From assembly GCA_964453345.1 (NCBI GenBank), contig CAYVOC010000005.1, positions 50,924 through 64,435 on the forward strand: a stretch of 13,512 nt of DNA, written 5' to 3'. The DNA comes from an uncultured Aquificales bacterium. Its GTDB lineage: Bacteria > Thermosulfidibacterota > Thermosulfidibacteria > Thermosulfidibacterales > Thermosulfidibacteraceae. The stretch's first letter is position 1, and every line of letters begins with the position of its first letter. Shown in pieces: positions 1 to 7,585 of this stretch. The notes beneath the pieces are model-generated. The model saw only the letters and a list, made by a program, of their open reading frames with translations, did not search any database and was not told where the DNA came from. The translations under genes and the position numbers were made by a program.

Positions 1-175
1 GCTCTTCCTTGCTGGGAGGCTTTCCTCCGCCTATGACAACCTCTTCCTCCTGGGGAGCGCCTCCCTCCTTCTCCAGCTCCTTTTTAAGCAGCTCCTGTAT
101 CTCCCTGTCGAAGGCCTCAAGCTCTTCCTTGCTGGGAGGCTTTCCTCCGCCTATGACAACCTCTTCCTCCTGGGG
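1..175 (-). repeat. In-frame 120-bp (40-aa) tandem repeat in the CheA linker
   Basis: Bases 1-55 are identical to 121-175. The full unit 56-175 encodes PQEEEVVIGGGKPPSKEELEAFDREIQELLKKELEKEGGA. The second copy is cut by the window edge. Confidence 0.93.
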
Positions 176-598
176 TTGCTGCTGGGGCTGCTCTTCCTCT
201 TTTCCTTGGCCTGTAAGCTTTGCGTAGGCGTCTTCCAGTTTTTTAACGATCTCGGTTATATCTATGTCGCCCTCTTCCTGGGTTTCCCTTATGTTTTCAA
301 CAATCTGTTCAACCACATCCACCGCTTCCAAGACCACATCCATAATCTCCGGCGTCAGCTGGGCCTCTCCCTTCCTGAGAACGTTGAGTATGTCCTCCAT
401 CCGGTGGGTGACGGTGGTCATCTTCTCGAAGCCCATGAAGGAAGAGGTTCCCTTCATGGTGTGGGCGGCGCGGAAGATCTTGTTCAGAAGGTCGAGGTCG
501 TTGGGGCGCTCCTCAAGCTCAACCAGATCCTGGTTGAGCTGCTCAAGTATCTCGGTAACCTCTGCTAAAAAATCTTCCAAAAATTCAAGATCAGCCAC
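1..598 (-). CDS. cheA: Chemotaxis histidine kinase CheA, 5' part (Hpt/P1 domain and linker; runs off the left edge)
   Basis: Manual translation from GTG at 598 gives MADLEFLEDFLAEVTEILEQLNQDLVELEERPNDLDLLNKIFRAAHTMKGTSSFMGFEKM..., open to the window edge. It carries the CheA Hpt motif IFRAAHTMKG (His46) and starts 3 nt downstream of the cheY stop. It is absent from the ORF track because there is no stop in the window. Confidence 0.95.
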   Translation of the reverse strand, partial: MADLEFLEDFLAEVTEILEQLNQDLVELEERPNDLDLLNKIFRAAHTMKGTSSFMGFEKMTTVTHRMEDILNVLRKGEAQLTPEIMDVVLEAVDVVEQIVENIRETQEEGDIDITEIVKKLEDAYAKLTGQGKEEEQPQQQPQEEEVVIGGGKPPSKEELEAFDREIQELLKKELEKEGGAPQEEEVVIGGGKPPSKEE

Positions 599-601
599 AG
601 C

Positions 602-979
602 TTATCCCCCTACCTTCTTGAGGGTTTGTTCTATCTTTTCCTTAAGTATCTGAGGGGTAAATGGTTTGACTATGTAGTTATTCACCCCCGCCTTCAGGGC
701 CTTAACGATATCCTCCTTTGCTCCCATGGTGGTGATCATGATGATGGGGACCTTGCTGAAGGTCTTGGATCTTCTCAGGGTCTGAACGAAGGTTAGCCCG
801 TCCATCTCCGGCATGTTCCAGTCGGTAAGGATCAGGCCCACATCCGGATTCTCTTTAAGCTTTGCAAGGGCGTCAAGGCCGTGCTCGGCCTCTATCACAT
901 CCTTGTAGCCCAGCTTGGCCAAGGTGTTCACGATGATCCTTCTCATTGTAGAGGAATCATCCACCACCAGTATCTTCAT
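602..979 (-). CDS. cheY: Chemotaxis response regulator CheY
   Basis: Single receiver domain MKILVVDDS...LILTDWNMPEMDG...IIMITT...YIVKPF, 125 aa from ATG 979 with upstream GGTGGAG. Directly upstream of cheA. Confidence 0.93.
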   Translation of the reverse strand: MKILVVDDSSTMRRIIVNTLAKLGYKDVIEAEHGLDALAKLKENPDVGLILTDWNMPEMDGLTFVQTLRRSKTFSKVPIIMITTMGAKEDIVKALKAGVNNYIVKPFTPQILKEKIEQTLKKVGG

Positions 980-1000
980 CTCTCCACCACCCTTTTTTAA

Positions 1001-1027
1001 GTATCGTTGATCATCCTCCAAGCTTAA
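1001..1027 (-). promoter_or_regulatory. Putative sigma28 (FliA) promoter for cheY-cheA
   Basis: The minus strand reads TTAAGCTT-N11-AACGATAC against the consensus TAAAGTTT-N11-GCCGATAA. It ends about 21 nt upstream of the cheY ATG, which fits chemotaxis genes. Confidence 0.65.
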
Positions 1028-1035
1028 GTTATAAG
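1007..1035 (+). promoter_or_regulatory. Possible sigma70 promoter for the leucyl aminopeptidase
   Basis: TTGATC (1007-1012), 17-nt spacer, TATAAG (1030-1035). The -10 element lacks the conserved final T. Confidence 0.35.
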
Positions 1036-1097
1036 ATGCCCCAAAGAGAAGTTTTTTTCAACTGGCTTTGTTTTATTTTTGTCCCTGGAGGCCTTTG

Positions 1098-2459
1098 ATG
1101 CTTAAATTGGTAAGGCTTGGCGAAAAGCCCAAGGTCAGAGCCTTTATTATGGGGGAAAGGGAGTTTGCCGACAGATTCGGCTATGTTCCCGAAAGGGATA
1201 GGGCCTATTTCTGTGTATCGCCTGATCCCGCCATTGTTTTTGTGTCCTCCGAGGGGGAGAAAAGCGAGGACTATTACAGAAGGGCCGCCGCCGAGATGGT
1301 CTATCAGGCTGAGTCCGTGAAGATAGACGCATTTTTTGTGGAGCTTACGGATGATATGCCCTTTGTTGAGGCCTTTGTGGAGGGGCTGCTGCTTTCCGGA
1401 TACTCCTTTGATGAATACAGAAGGGAGGCCTTTGATATTGAGGTCTGCCTTGAGGATTGGGTTCTTGAGAGGGCTAAAACCGGAATCCTGAGGGCTGAGG
1501 CGGCAAATTATGTGAGGGATCTTGTGAATAGGCCGCCGGGTGAGTTTGTTCCTGAGAGCTTCTTGGAGGAGATAAGGAAGGTTCCAGAGGGCGTTGAGAT
1601 CAGGGTGTGGAGGGGCGAAGAACTGAAGGAGGCCGGCTTTGTGGGAACCTATAGCGTGGGAAAGGGCAGTGCGAATGATCCTGTTTTCATTCACGCCTCC
1701 TACAGGCATCCCGATGCCAGACTTTCGGTCTCCCTGGTCGGAAAGGGGATAACCTTTGATGCGGGAGGATTGAGCCTAAAGCCTCCCTCCTCCATGGAGA
1801 CCATGAAAATGGATAAGGCGGGGGCTTGCGCCGTTCTCGGGGCCTTCAAATATGCGGTTCAGCAAAGATTGCCCCTGAATGTTGATCTTTTGATACCGGC
1901 TGCGGAGAACCTTCCTGATGGTTCATCATACAAGCCCGATGATATACTGAGGTTTCGCAACGGGGTAAGCGTGGAGATACATTCAACCGATGCCGAGGGC
2001 AGGCTGCTTCTTGCGGATGCCCTCTGCTATGTTTCCGAACTCGGTGCCCACGCGGTTGTGGATGTGGCAACCCTCACCGGCGCCTGCGTGGTGGCCCTTG
2101 GAAAGTATACAAGCGGTCTTTTCACCACATCTGGAGCACTAAGGGACATGCTGCTTGAGGCTTCCCAGGCAACGGGGGAGAAGATGTGGGAGATGCCGCT
2201 GGATGAGGATCTTGAGAAAGAGTTGAAGACGGATTTTGCGGATACCCGGAACAACGCCAAAGGCAGGTATGGCGGTGCGATAACCGCCGCGCTCTTTTTA
2301 AAGAAGTTTGTGTCGGTTGATCACTGGGCCCACATAGATATAGCGGGCCCCGCCTTTCTGGATTCAAAGTGGAAGTATTACAGACCAGGGGCTACCGGTC
2401 AGCCCGTGAGAAGCCTCATTCTTTTGCTTGAGGAGCTACAGCGCCGTAGTCAACTATAA
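1098..2459 (+). CDS. pepA: Leucyl aminopeptidase, peptidase family M17 (PepA-like)
   Basis: Motifs VGKGITFDAGG, MKMDKAGA, AENL, STDAEGRL, DVATLTGA and HIDIAG. ATG 1098 is preceded by GGAGG (1087-1091). Confidence 0.92.
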   Translation: MLKLVRLGEKPKVRAFIMGEREFADRFGYVPERDRAYFCVSPDPAIVFVSSEGEKSEDYYRRAAAEMVYQAESVKIDAFFVELTDDMPFVEAFVEGLLLSGYSFDEYRREAFDIEVCLEDWVLERAKTGILRAEAANYVRDLVNRPPGEFVPESFLEEIRKVPEGVEIRVWRGEELKEAGFVGTYSVGKGSANDPVFIHASYRHPDARLSVSLVGKGITFDAGGLSLKPPSSMETMKMDKAGACAVLGAFKYAVQQRLPLNVDLLIPAAENLPDGSSYKPDDILRFRNGVSVEIHSTDAEGRLLLADALCYVSELGAHAVVDVATLTGACVVALGKYTSGLFTTSGALRDMLLEASQATGEKMWEMPLDEDLEKELKTDFADTRNNAKGRYGGAITAALFLKKFVSVDHWAHIDIAGPAFLDSKWKYYRPGATGQPVRSLILLLEELQRRSQL

Positions 2460-2844
2460 CGTCTGATATCTTCGTGTTTTTGAGGCGATCCTCTATGCAC
2501 TTCTGGAGATCTTCCCATACCATATGCATCTTGCATACTTCCGTGTATGGGCATGCGTCTTCGCGATCAATACAAACATTCATGATGGGAATGCCGTCTA
2601 TGGCTTCAATGACATCGTAGACGCTTATCTTATCGGGAGTTCTTGCTAATCTTACCCCTCCCCTCTTGCCCTTCTCCGTTATCACTATCTTTCTGTTGGA
2701 AAGGGTGGAGATTATCCTTGGCAGAAAGGATTTGGGCACGTTGGTCTTTTCCGCAAGGGTCCCTGCTGTCAGGGTCTTTCCATAGTTTTTGGCAAGGTAT
2801 ATGACAATCCTCACCGCATAGTCCGCCTGCCTCGTTATAAGCAT
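2416..2844 (-). CDS. Rrf2-family transcriptional regulator, probably Fe-S binding
   Basis: N-terminus MLITRQADYAVRIVIYLA, wing motif KGKRGGVRLAR, ISVYDVIEAIDG, and C91-x6-C98-x5-C104-x2-H107. RBS AAGGAG upstream. Confidence 0.92.
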   Translation of the reverse strand: MLITRQADYAVRIVIYLAKNYGKTLTAGTLAEKTNVPKSFLPRIISTLSNRKIVITEKGKRGGVRLARTPDKISVYDVIEAIDGIPIMNVCIDREDACPYTEVCKMHMVWEDLQKCIEDRLKNTKISDVIVDYGAVAPQAKE

Positions 2845-2883
2845 CTTTTGTCTCCTTTGCTGAGTTTACTTACTTTAGTTGTT

Positions 2884-2912
2884 AATATACCCAGATTATC
2901 AATGATAATCAA
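2884..2912 (-). promoter_or_regulatory. Putative sigma70 promoter of the rrf2 gene, with an overlapping 7-3-7 palindrome
   Basis: The minus strand reads TTGATT (2912-2907), 17 nt, TATATT (2889-2884). The perfect inverted repeat GATTATC-AAT-GATAATC at 2894-2910 covers the spacer and part of the -35. Confidence 0.55.
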
Positions 2913-2917
2913 GTCTG

Positions 2918-2945
2918 TTGCTAAGGCTGTTTGATGGCCTATACT
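2918..2945 (+). promoter_or_regulatory. Putative sigma70 promoter of the M29 peptidase / K+ channel / ATPase cluster
   Basis: TTGCTA (2918-2923), 16 nt, TATACT (2940-2945), followed by GGAGG and ATG 2964. Confidence 0.45.
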
Positions 2946-2963
2946 ATGGGTGGGAGGTGGAGG

Positions 2964-4049
2964 ATGGAGAAGAGCCTGGTTGATGGCGCTTTGAGAATAC
3001 TTAAAGAGAACTTTGGAGCCTCTGCTGGTGAAAGGGTTTTGGTGCTTGTGGATGAGCCGGAGGGCAGATCCGTTCTGTCTGTGGCCGAAGCCTTCCTGAA
3101 GGCCGCCAATCTCTTGGGGCTGGAGGCGGAGAAGGTTGTTTACCCTTCCGTTGGAGGCCATGGCAAGGAGCCTCCCGAATCTGTCTGGGCAAGGGTCTGG
3201 GGTGATGAGTGTGTGAGCAGGCTGAAGGAAGAGGGCCTCTGGGAACAGATAGTTGGGAAAAGGATAGACTCGTGGGAAAGGCTTATCCCCCTGTTTGAAC
3301 CTTACAGGGACAGAATCCCCCAGATTGTGGTGGCTCTACCCTACTATTCGACGAGTCACACCCTTTTTAGAAAACTTTTGACCGGTTTTGGGGCAAGGTA
3401 TGCGAGCATGCCTTTGTTTGAGGAGGAGATGCTCACAGGTTCCGCTTCGGTCTCCTGTTTTGAGCTGAAACCTGTGACTGAAAGGATAGCCCGGCTTTTG
3501 AGCGAGGCCGATGAGGTCAGGGTGAGGGCAAAGGGAACGGATCTTACCCTCTCTGTTGCGGGAAGGGAGGGGATTGCGGATACGGGTTGTCTTATGGAAC
3601 CCGGAAGTTTCAGCAATTTGCCGGCTGGAGAAGCCTTTATAGCTCCGGTTGAGGGAACGGCCCGGGGGGTTCTGACGGTGGAATGGGCTCCGACAAGGAG
3701 GCTTTCATCCCCCATCAAAGTGTTTATCGAGAAGGGAAGAGCCGTTGGGGTTGAGGGAGAGGATCCCTACGCAGATTTCTTAAAGGATGTATTTGAGAAG
3801 GTCGAAAATGCCTCGAATGTTGCCGAGCTGGGTATAGGGACCAATCCAAGGGCCAGAAGACCGGACAACATACTTGAGGCCGAGAAGATCCTTGGGACCA
3901 TTCATATAGCCTTCGGGGATAATTCAACCTTTGGAGGATGCACAAGGGCCAACTTCCATCAGGATCATGTGGTCTTCTCTCCAACGGTTGAGTTCAGGGT
4001 GGGTGATAGATGGCTGAGGATTATGCAAAGTGGGAAGCTTACCATTTAG
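2964..4049 (+). CDS. Aminopeptidase, thermophilic metalloprotease family M29 (AmpS/aminopeptidase T-like)
   Basis: C-terminal motifs [38 protein letters not shown] and FHQDHV. Start moved to ATG 2964 (MEKSL), downstream of GGAGG. Confidence 0.82.
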   Translation: MEKSLVDGALRILKENFGASAGERVLVLVDEPEGRSVLSVAEAFLKAANLLGLEAEKVVYPSVGGHGKEPPESVWARVWGDECVSRLKEEGLWEQIVGKRIDSWERLIPLFEPYRDRIPQIVVALPYYSTSHTLFRKLLTGFGARYASMPLFEEEMLTGSASVSCFELKPVTERIARLLSEADEVRVRAKGTDLTLSVAGREGIADTGCLMEPGSFSNLPAGEAFIAPVEGTARGVLTVEWAPTRRLSSPIKVFIEKGRAVGVEGEDPYADFLKDVFEKVENASNVAELGIGTNPRARRPDNILEAEKILGTIHIAFGDNSTFGGCTRANFHQDHVVFSPTVEFRVGDRWLRIMQSGKLTI

Positions 4050-5065
4050 AGCGCTTCAGTCGTAGGTTCCGCCATCGCCTTATTATTGTTGCCCTTGCTG
4101 GTATGGCGGTTTTCTGGGCCGGTGTCGCCGGCTTCATGATAATTGAGAAGATGAGTTTTATAGACGCCTTCTATATGACGGTTATAACCCTCTCCACGGT
4201 GGGGTTTGGTGAGGTTAAGCCCCTTTCCCCCCAGGGACGTATTTTTACATCCTTTTTGATCATTTCCGGGGTCGGCACCTTCGCCTATGCGGTAACCAGC
4301 GTCTCCCAGTTCATGGTTGAAGGCGAGATGAGGAAGCTCTTTGACGCGAGAAGAAGGAGGAAGCTGATGAAAAAGCTTGAGAATCACATAATAGTTTGCG
4401 GTTTCGGAAGGGTTGGGGAGAGGATCTGTGAAGAGCTGGAGAAGGAGAAGATCCCCTTTGTGGTGATAGATGAGGATCCTAAAAGGATAGAGCTTGCGGA
4501 GGCAAAGGGGTATCTATTCGTCTTTCAGGATACCACGGATACGGAGGCCCTTGAAAAGGCCGGCATATCAAAGGCAAAGGCGGTTATAGCGGCGCTGGGT
4601 GATGATGCCGATAACCTTTTTCTGACCATAACCGCCAAGGAGCTGAATCCCAGGGTTCTGGTGGTTGCCAGGGTCAACAACTCCCAGAACCAGAAAAAAC
4701 TGATCAAAGCCGGTGCGGATAAGGTCATAGCACCCCACATAATCGGGGCCATAAGAATGGCGCAGGCGGCCATAAGGCCTGTGGTTTCTGACTTTGTGGA
4801 GCTTGCAACCACCGGAAAGGATCTGCAGTTCCTGCTTGAGGAGGTGAAAATCCCTGAGGGTTCGCCCATCTGCGGAAAAAGCATCTTGGAACTTGAGCTG
4901 AGGAAGAAAACCGGCGCCATAATCATAGCCATGGTCAAGAAGGGCAAGGTCATAAAAAGCCCTGAACCCACGGAGCTTCTGGAAGCGGGTGATCTTTTGA
5001 TCGCTTTGGGAAGCAGGGAAGACATAGCCAAGCTGGAGAAGCTGATAGTTGAGGGGGAGGTTTAA
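4010..5065 (+). CDS. Two-TM potassium channel with RCK (TrkA-N and TrkA-C) domains, MthK-like
   Basis: A TM helix, pore helix [13 protein letters not shown], selectivity filter TVGFG, a second TM helix, then the Rossmann motif [11 protein letters not shown] and a TrkA-C-like C-terminus. Overlaps the upstream gene by 40 nt. Confidence 0.92.
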   Translation: MAEDYAKWEAYHLERFSRRFRHRLIIVALAGMAVFWAGVAGFMIIEKMSFIDAFYMTVITLSTVGFGEVKPLSPQGRIFTSFLIISGVGTFAYAVTSVSQFMVEGEMRKLFDARRRRKLMKKLENHIIVCGFGRVGERICEELEKEKIPFVVIDEDPKRIELAEAKGYLFVFQDTTDTEALEKAGISKAKAVIAALGDDADNLFLTITAKELNPRVLVVARVNNSQNQKKLIKAGADKVIAPHIIGAIRMAQAAIRPVVSDFVELATTGKDLQFLLEEVKIPEGSPICGKSILELELRKKTGAIIIAMVKKGKVIKSPEPTELLEAGDLLIALGSREDIAKLEKLIVEGEV

Positions 5066-6202
5066 ATGCTCAGGAGGCTGATGTTCAGGGGAGTTCCCTA
5101 TGTGGACAGGGAAAGGGAGGAGAGATTTCTTCTGGGTAGATTGAACAACAGAGAGCCTACGGGACTTCTTTTCATCTACGGGCCAAAGTCGAGCGGTAAA
5201 ACCACCTTCATCGAATACATAGTGGAGGAAAGGCTTCGTCGTGATGAAAGGTTTTATGTCAACTATGTGAACTTCAGAAGATACGCTATAGTTAACTACG
5301 ATTCTTTTTTGAACATCTATTTTAAGCCCATAACGGAAAAGAATAAAGGCATGCTTGCCAGGATGAGGGACACTTTGAGGGTGGCGGTATCAGGTCTCAA
5401 AGGTGAAGTAAGCATACCCGAGCACGGTGTGAACTACATGATAAGCTTTGATCTATACAGTGCGCTTCAGGAGAGAAATCTTGATCCCTTTGATCTTATG
5501 TTTGATGTGCTAAGAAAACTGAGAGACAAGGGGAAGATCCCCGTGTTGATAATAGATGAGGTCCAGGAATTGAGGGATATCTATATGAATGGGGAAAGAA
5601 AGCAAAGGTATCTTCTGACGGAGTTTTTCAAGTTTCTTGTAGGACTGACGAAGGAGACCCATCTTGCCCATGTTATAATCTGCACCAGCTCCTCCATCTT
5701 TATTGATGAGATATACAACCACTCAAATCTTGCTCAGACAAGCAAGTTTTATCTGTTCGATCACCTGGATTATGAAACGACGAAGGCCTGGCTTCAGGAA
5801 GAGGGGTTTACTGAGGATGAAACCGATCTGATATGGGAGTTTTTCGGAGGGTGCCCTTACAATATACAGGAGCTTTTGGCTGACAGGGAAGCCTATGGAT
5901 CTGAGTTTGATCTTAAGAAGTATCTTATTCAGCAGGCGGAGATGATCAGAGGCAGGATAAAGCTCTTTGTGGTGGAGGAGCTTGAGGATGAGAAGGAGGA
6001 AACAAGATTTGCCGAAATTCTAAAGGCTATTGTGGAAAAAGGTTATGTTGAGAATGTAAAAGATAAGCTTTTCAACAGGATTGTAAAAAAGGCAATAGAG
6101 AAGGACATACTGTTTCTTCTTGCGGACAAAGACATAATTATTTTCAACTCGCAAATAATGAAGAAGGGCGCTGAGGTTTATCTGGGATACAGCCTTTTGT
6201 AA
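5066..6202 (+). CDS. Archaeal-type P-loop ATPase (ATPase_2 / MJ-type STAND-class NTPase)
   Basis: N-terminal YVDRERE, Walker A FIYGPKSSGKT, Walker B VLIIDEVQ, LTKETHLAHVIICTSS and the GGCP (GxP) motif. RBS GGAGG lies at the end of the channel gene and the junction is TAA-ATG. Confidence 0.85.
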   Translation: MLRRLMFRGVPYVDREREERFLLGRLNNREPTGLLFIYGPKSSGKTTFIEYIVEERLRRDERFYVNYVNFRRYAIVNYDSFLNIYFKPITEKNKGMLARMRDTLRVAVSGLKGEVSIPEHGVNYMISFDLYSALQERNLDPFDLMFDVLRKLRDKGKIPVLIIDEVQELRDIYMNGERKQRYLLTEFFKFLVGLTKETHLAHVIICTSSSIFIDEIYNHSNLAQTSKFYLFDHLDYETTKAWLQEEGFTEDETDLIWEFFGGCPYNIQELLADREAYGSEFDLKKYLIQQAEMIRGRIKLFVVEELEDEKEETRFAEILKAIVEKGYVENVKDKLFNRIVKKAIEKDILFLLADKDIIIFNSQIMKKGAEVYLGYSLL

Positions 6203-6209
6203 GGGCGGA

Positions 6210-6740
6210 TCACTTTTCTATGCCTACCCTTGCCTGGACCCCCTTGGTGTAGTAGTGCTTCACCTCGCGCATTTCGGTGACAAGATCGGCCGCCTCTATC
6301 ACCTCGTCCGGGGCGTATCTTCCGGTTATCACAAGCTCAACGTTATCGGGTTTCTCTTTGATTATGTTCAGTATGTCTTCAGCGCTGATCAAGCCCAGAT
6401 ATGCGGCAACGTTTGCCTCCTCCATTATGACAATATCGTATCTTCCCGAGTGCATGGCCTCCTTTATCCTTTCAAGGGCTTTTTGGGCAAGCTGATAATC
6501 CTCTTCCGTTATGTTTCCCGTTGAGACGAATCTGGGGGTTCCAAACTGCTCCACCTTCACAAGATCAGAGAACCTCTCGGTCAGACATTTTATCTCGCTG
6601 TAATCCCTTCCCTTAAGAAACTGGGCTATGTAAACCCTGAGTCCCGCTCCTACAGCCCTCAGGGTGAGTCCCAATGCGGCTGTTGTTTTGCCCTTGCCGT
6701 TTCCCGTGTAGACCTGCACATACCCCTTTTCAAGAGGCAT
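6210..6740 (-). CDS. cobO: Cob(I)yrinic acid a,c-diamide adenosyltransferase (CobO/BtuR/CobA type)
   Basis: Motifs VQVYTGNGKGKTTAALG, AQFLKG, ELVITGR and ADLVTEMREVKHYY...GIE. Confidence 0.93.
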   Translation of the reverse strand: MPLEKGYVQVYTGNGKGKTTAALGLTLRAVGAGLRVYIAQFLKGRDYSEIKCLTERFSDLVKVEQFGTPRFVSTGNITEEDYQLAQKALERIKEAMHSGRYDIVIMEEANVAAYLGLISAEDILNIIKEKPDNVELVITGRYAPDEVIEAADLVTEMREVKHYYTKGVQARVGIEK

Positions 6741-7581
6741 ACCCCTTCTCCTTTAAAAATTCCTTTATTTTTTTGTGATCCGGTCTTTTTCCAAACCATA
6801 TATCCATGGCGTGGATGGCCTGAAAGATGAGCATGTCCAGACCGTTTATCGCCTTCAGGCCAAGTTCCCTTGCCTCGGCAAGAAGCGGTGTTTCCGCAGG
6901 TGAGTATATTATGTCGTAAACGACAGAATCCTTTTTGGCTTCCTCCAGATCCACCGGCGGCTTGGATACACCGTCCATTCCTAAGGAGGTGGTGTTTACT
7001 ATTAGATCCACCTCTTTCAGGCAGTTTGCTATGGCTTTCTCATCCCATTCAACAGGCCTGTATTGGGGGAATCTCTGCAAAAACAGCTCCAGGTTGGTGG
7101 GATTGCGGTTTGTAACGAAAAGCCTTTGAACCCCCATCTTTACCAGGGCGTAGGCCACCGCCTTTGCGGCTCCCCCTGCTCCCACGATAAGAGCGGATCC
7201 GATCTCCTCAACACCGTTCAACTTCAGGCTGTCTATAAAGCCTATCCAGTCGGTGTTGTAGCCTATGAGCTTGTCCTCTCCCCTTTTCACGGTGTTTACG
7301 GCACCTATTGCTTCGGCATCGGGGGACGACATGTCCATGAGCTTCAGCACCCTCTCTTTGAAGGGGATAGTTACGTTGAAGCCCACAAAGTTCGTCATAA
7401 AGCACAAGCCGCTTAAAACCTCTTCTATGTAAGCCTCCTTGGCCTCTATGGGTATGTATAGGGCTTCGATTCCGAGAAGCTTATAAGCGTAGTTGTGTAT
7501 GGCGGGAGAGAGGCTGTGGGAGATGGGGTTTCCCACAACCCCCAGGACCTTTATATCTCCCCTCGTCAGCAGTTCTTCCAT
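6730..7581 (-). CDS. aroE: Shikimate dehydrogenase
   Basis: Motifs GNPISHSLSPAIHN, NVTIPFKE, IGAVNT, GYNTDWIG, GAGGAA, NTTSLGM and GLDMLIFQA. Confidence 0.95.
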   Translation of the reverse strand: MEELLTRGDIKVLGVVGNPISHSLSPAIHNYAYKLLGIEALYIPIEAKEAYIEEVLSGLCFMTNFVGFNVTIPFKERVLKLMDMSSPDAEAIGAVNTVKRGEDKLIGYNTDWIGFIDSLKLNGVEEIGSALIVGAGGAAKAVAYALVKMGVQRLFVTNRNPTNLELFLQRFPQYRPVEWDEKAIANCLKEVDLIVNTTSLGMDGVSKPPVDLEEAKKDSVVYDIIYSPAETPLLAEARELGLKAINGLDMLIFQAIHAMDIWFGKRPDHKKIKEFLKEKGYAS

Positions 7582-7585
7582 GGGG

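Noticed and set aside
1..175. 55-bp direct repeat with a 65-bp gap read as a CRISPR array
   Set aside because: The period is exactly 40 codons inside the open cheA frame, the sizes are atypical for CRISPR, and no cas genes are present.
9..653. Plus-strand ORFs 9-227, 176-568 and 264-653
   Set aside because: These are antisense shadows of cheA/cheY, with low-complexity or motif-free translations.
980..1097. Longer ORF-track starts for cheY (1021) and pepA (1068), and likewise for the M29 gene (2931) and rpmI (12739)
   Set aside because: Downstream ATGs have proper RBSs and match family N-termini, and the extensions run through predicted promoter or leader DNA.
1029..1709. 226-aa minus-strand ORF opposite pepA
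   Set aside because: It is almost entirely antisense to a well-supported gene and has no recognisable motif.
2865..2887. AT-rich TTTACTTACTTTAGTTGTTAATA as an IscR-type operator
   Set aside because: The symmetry is too weak and the spacing does not fit the IscR type 1 pattern.
5040..6230. Mobile element or integration scar around the ATPase gene
   Set aside because: I saw no transposase, terminal inverted repeats or convincing target-site duplication by eye.
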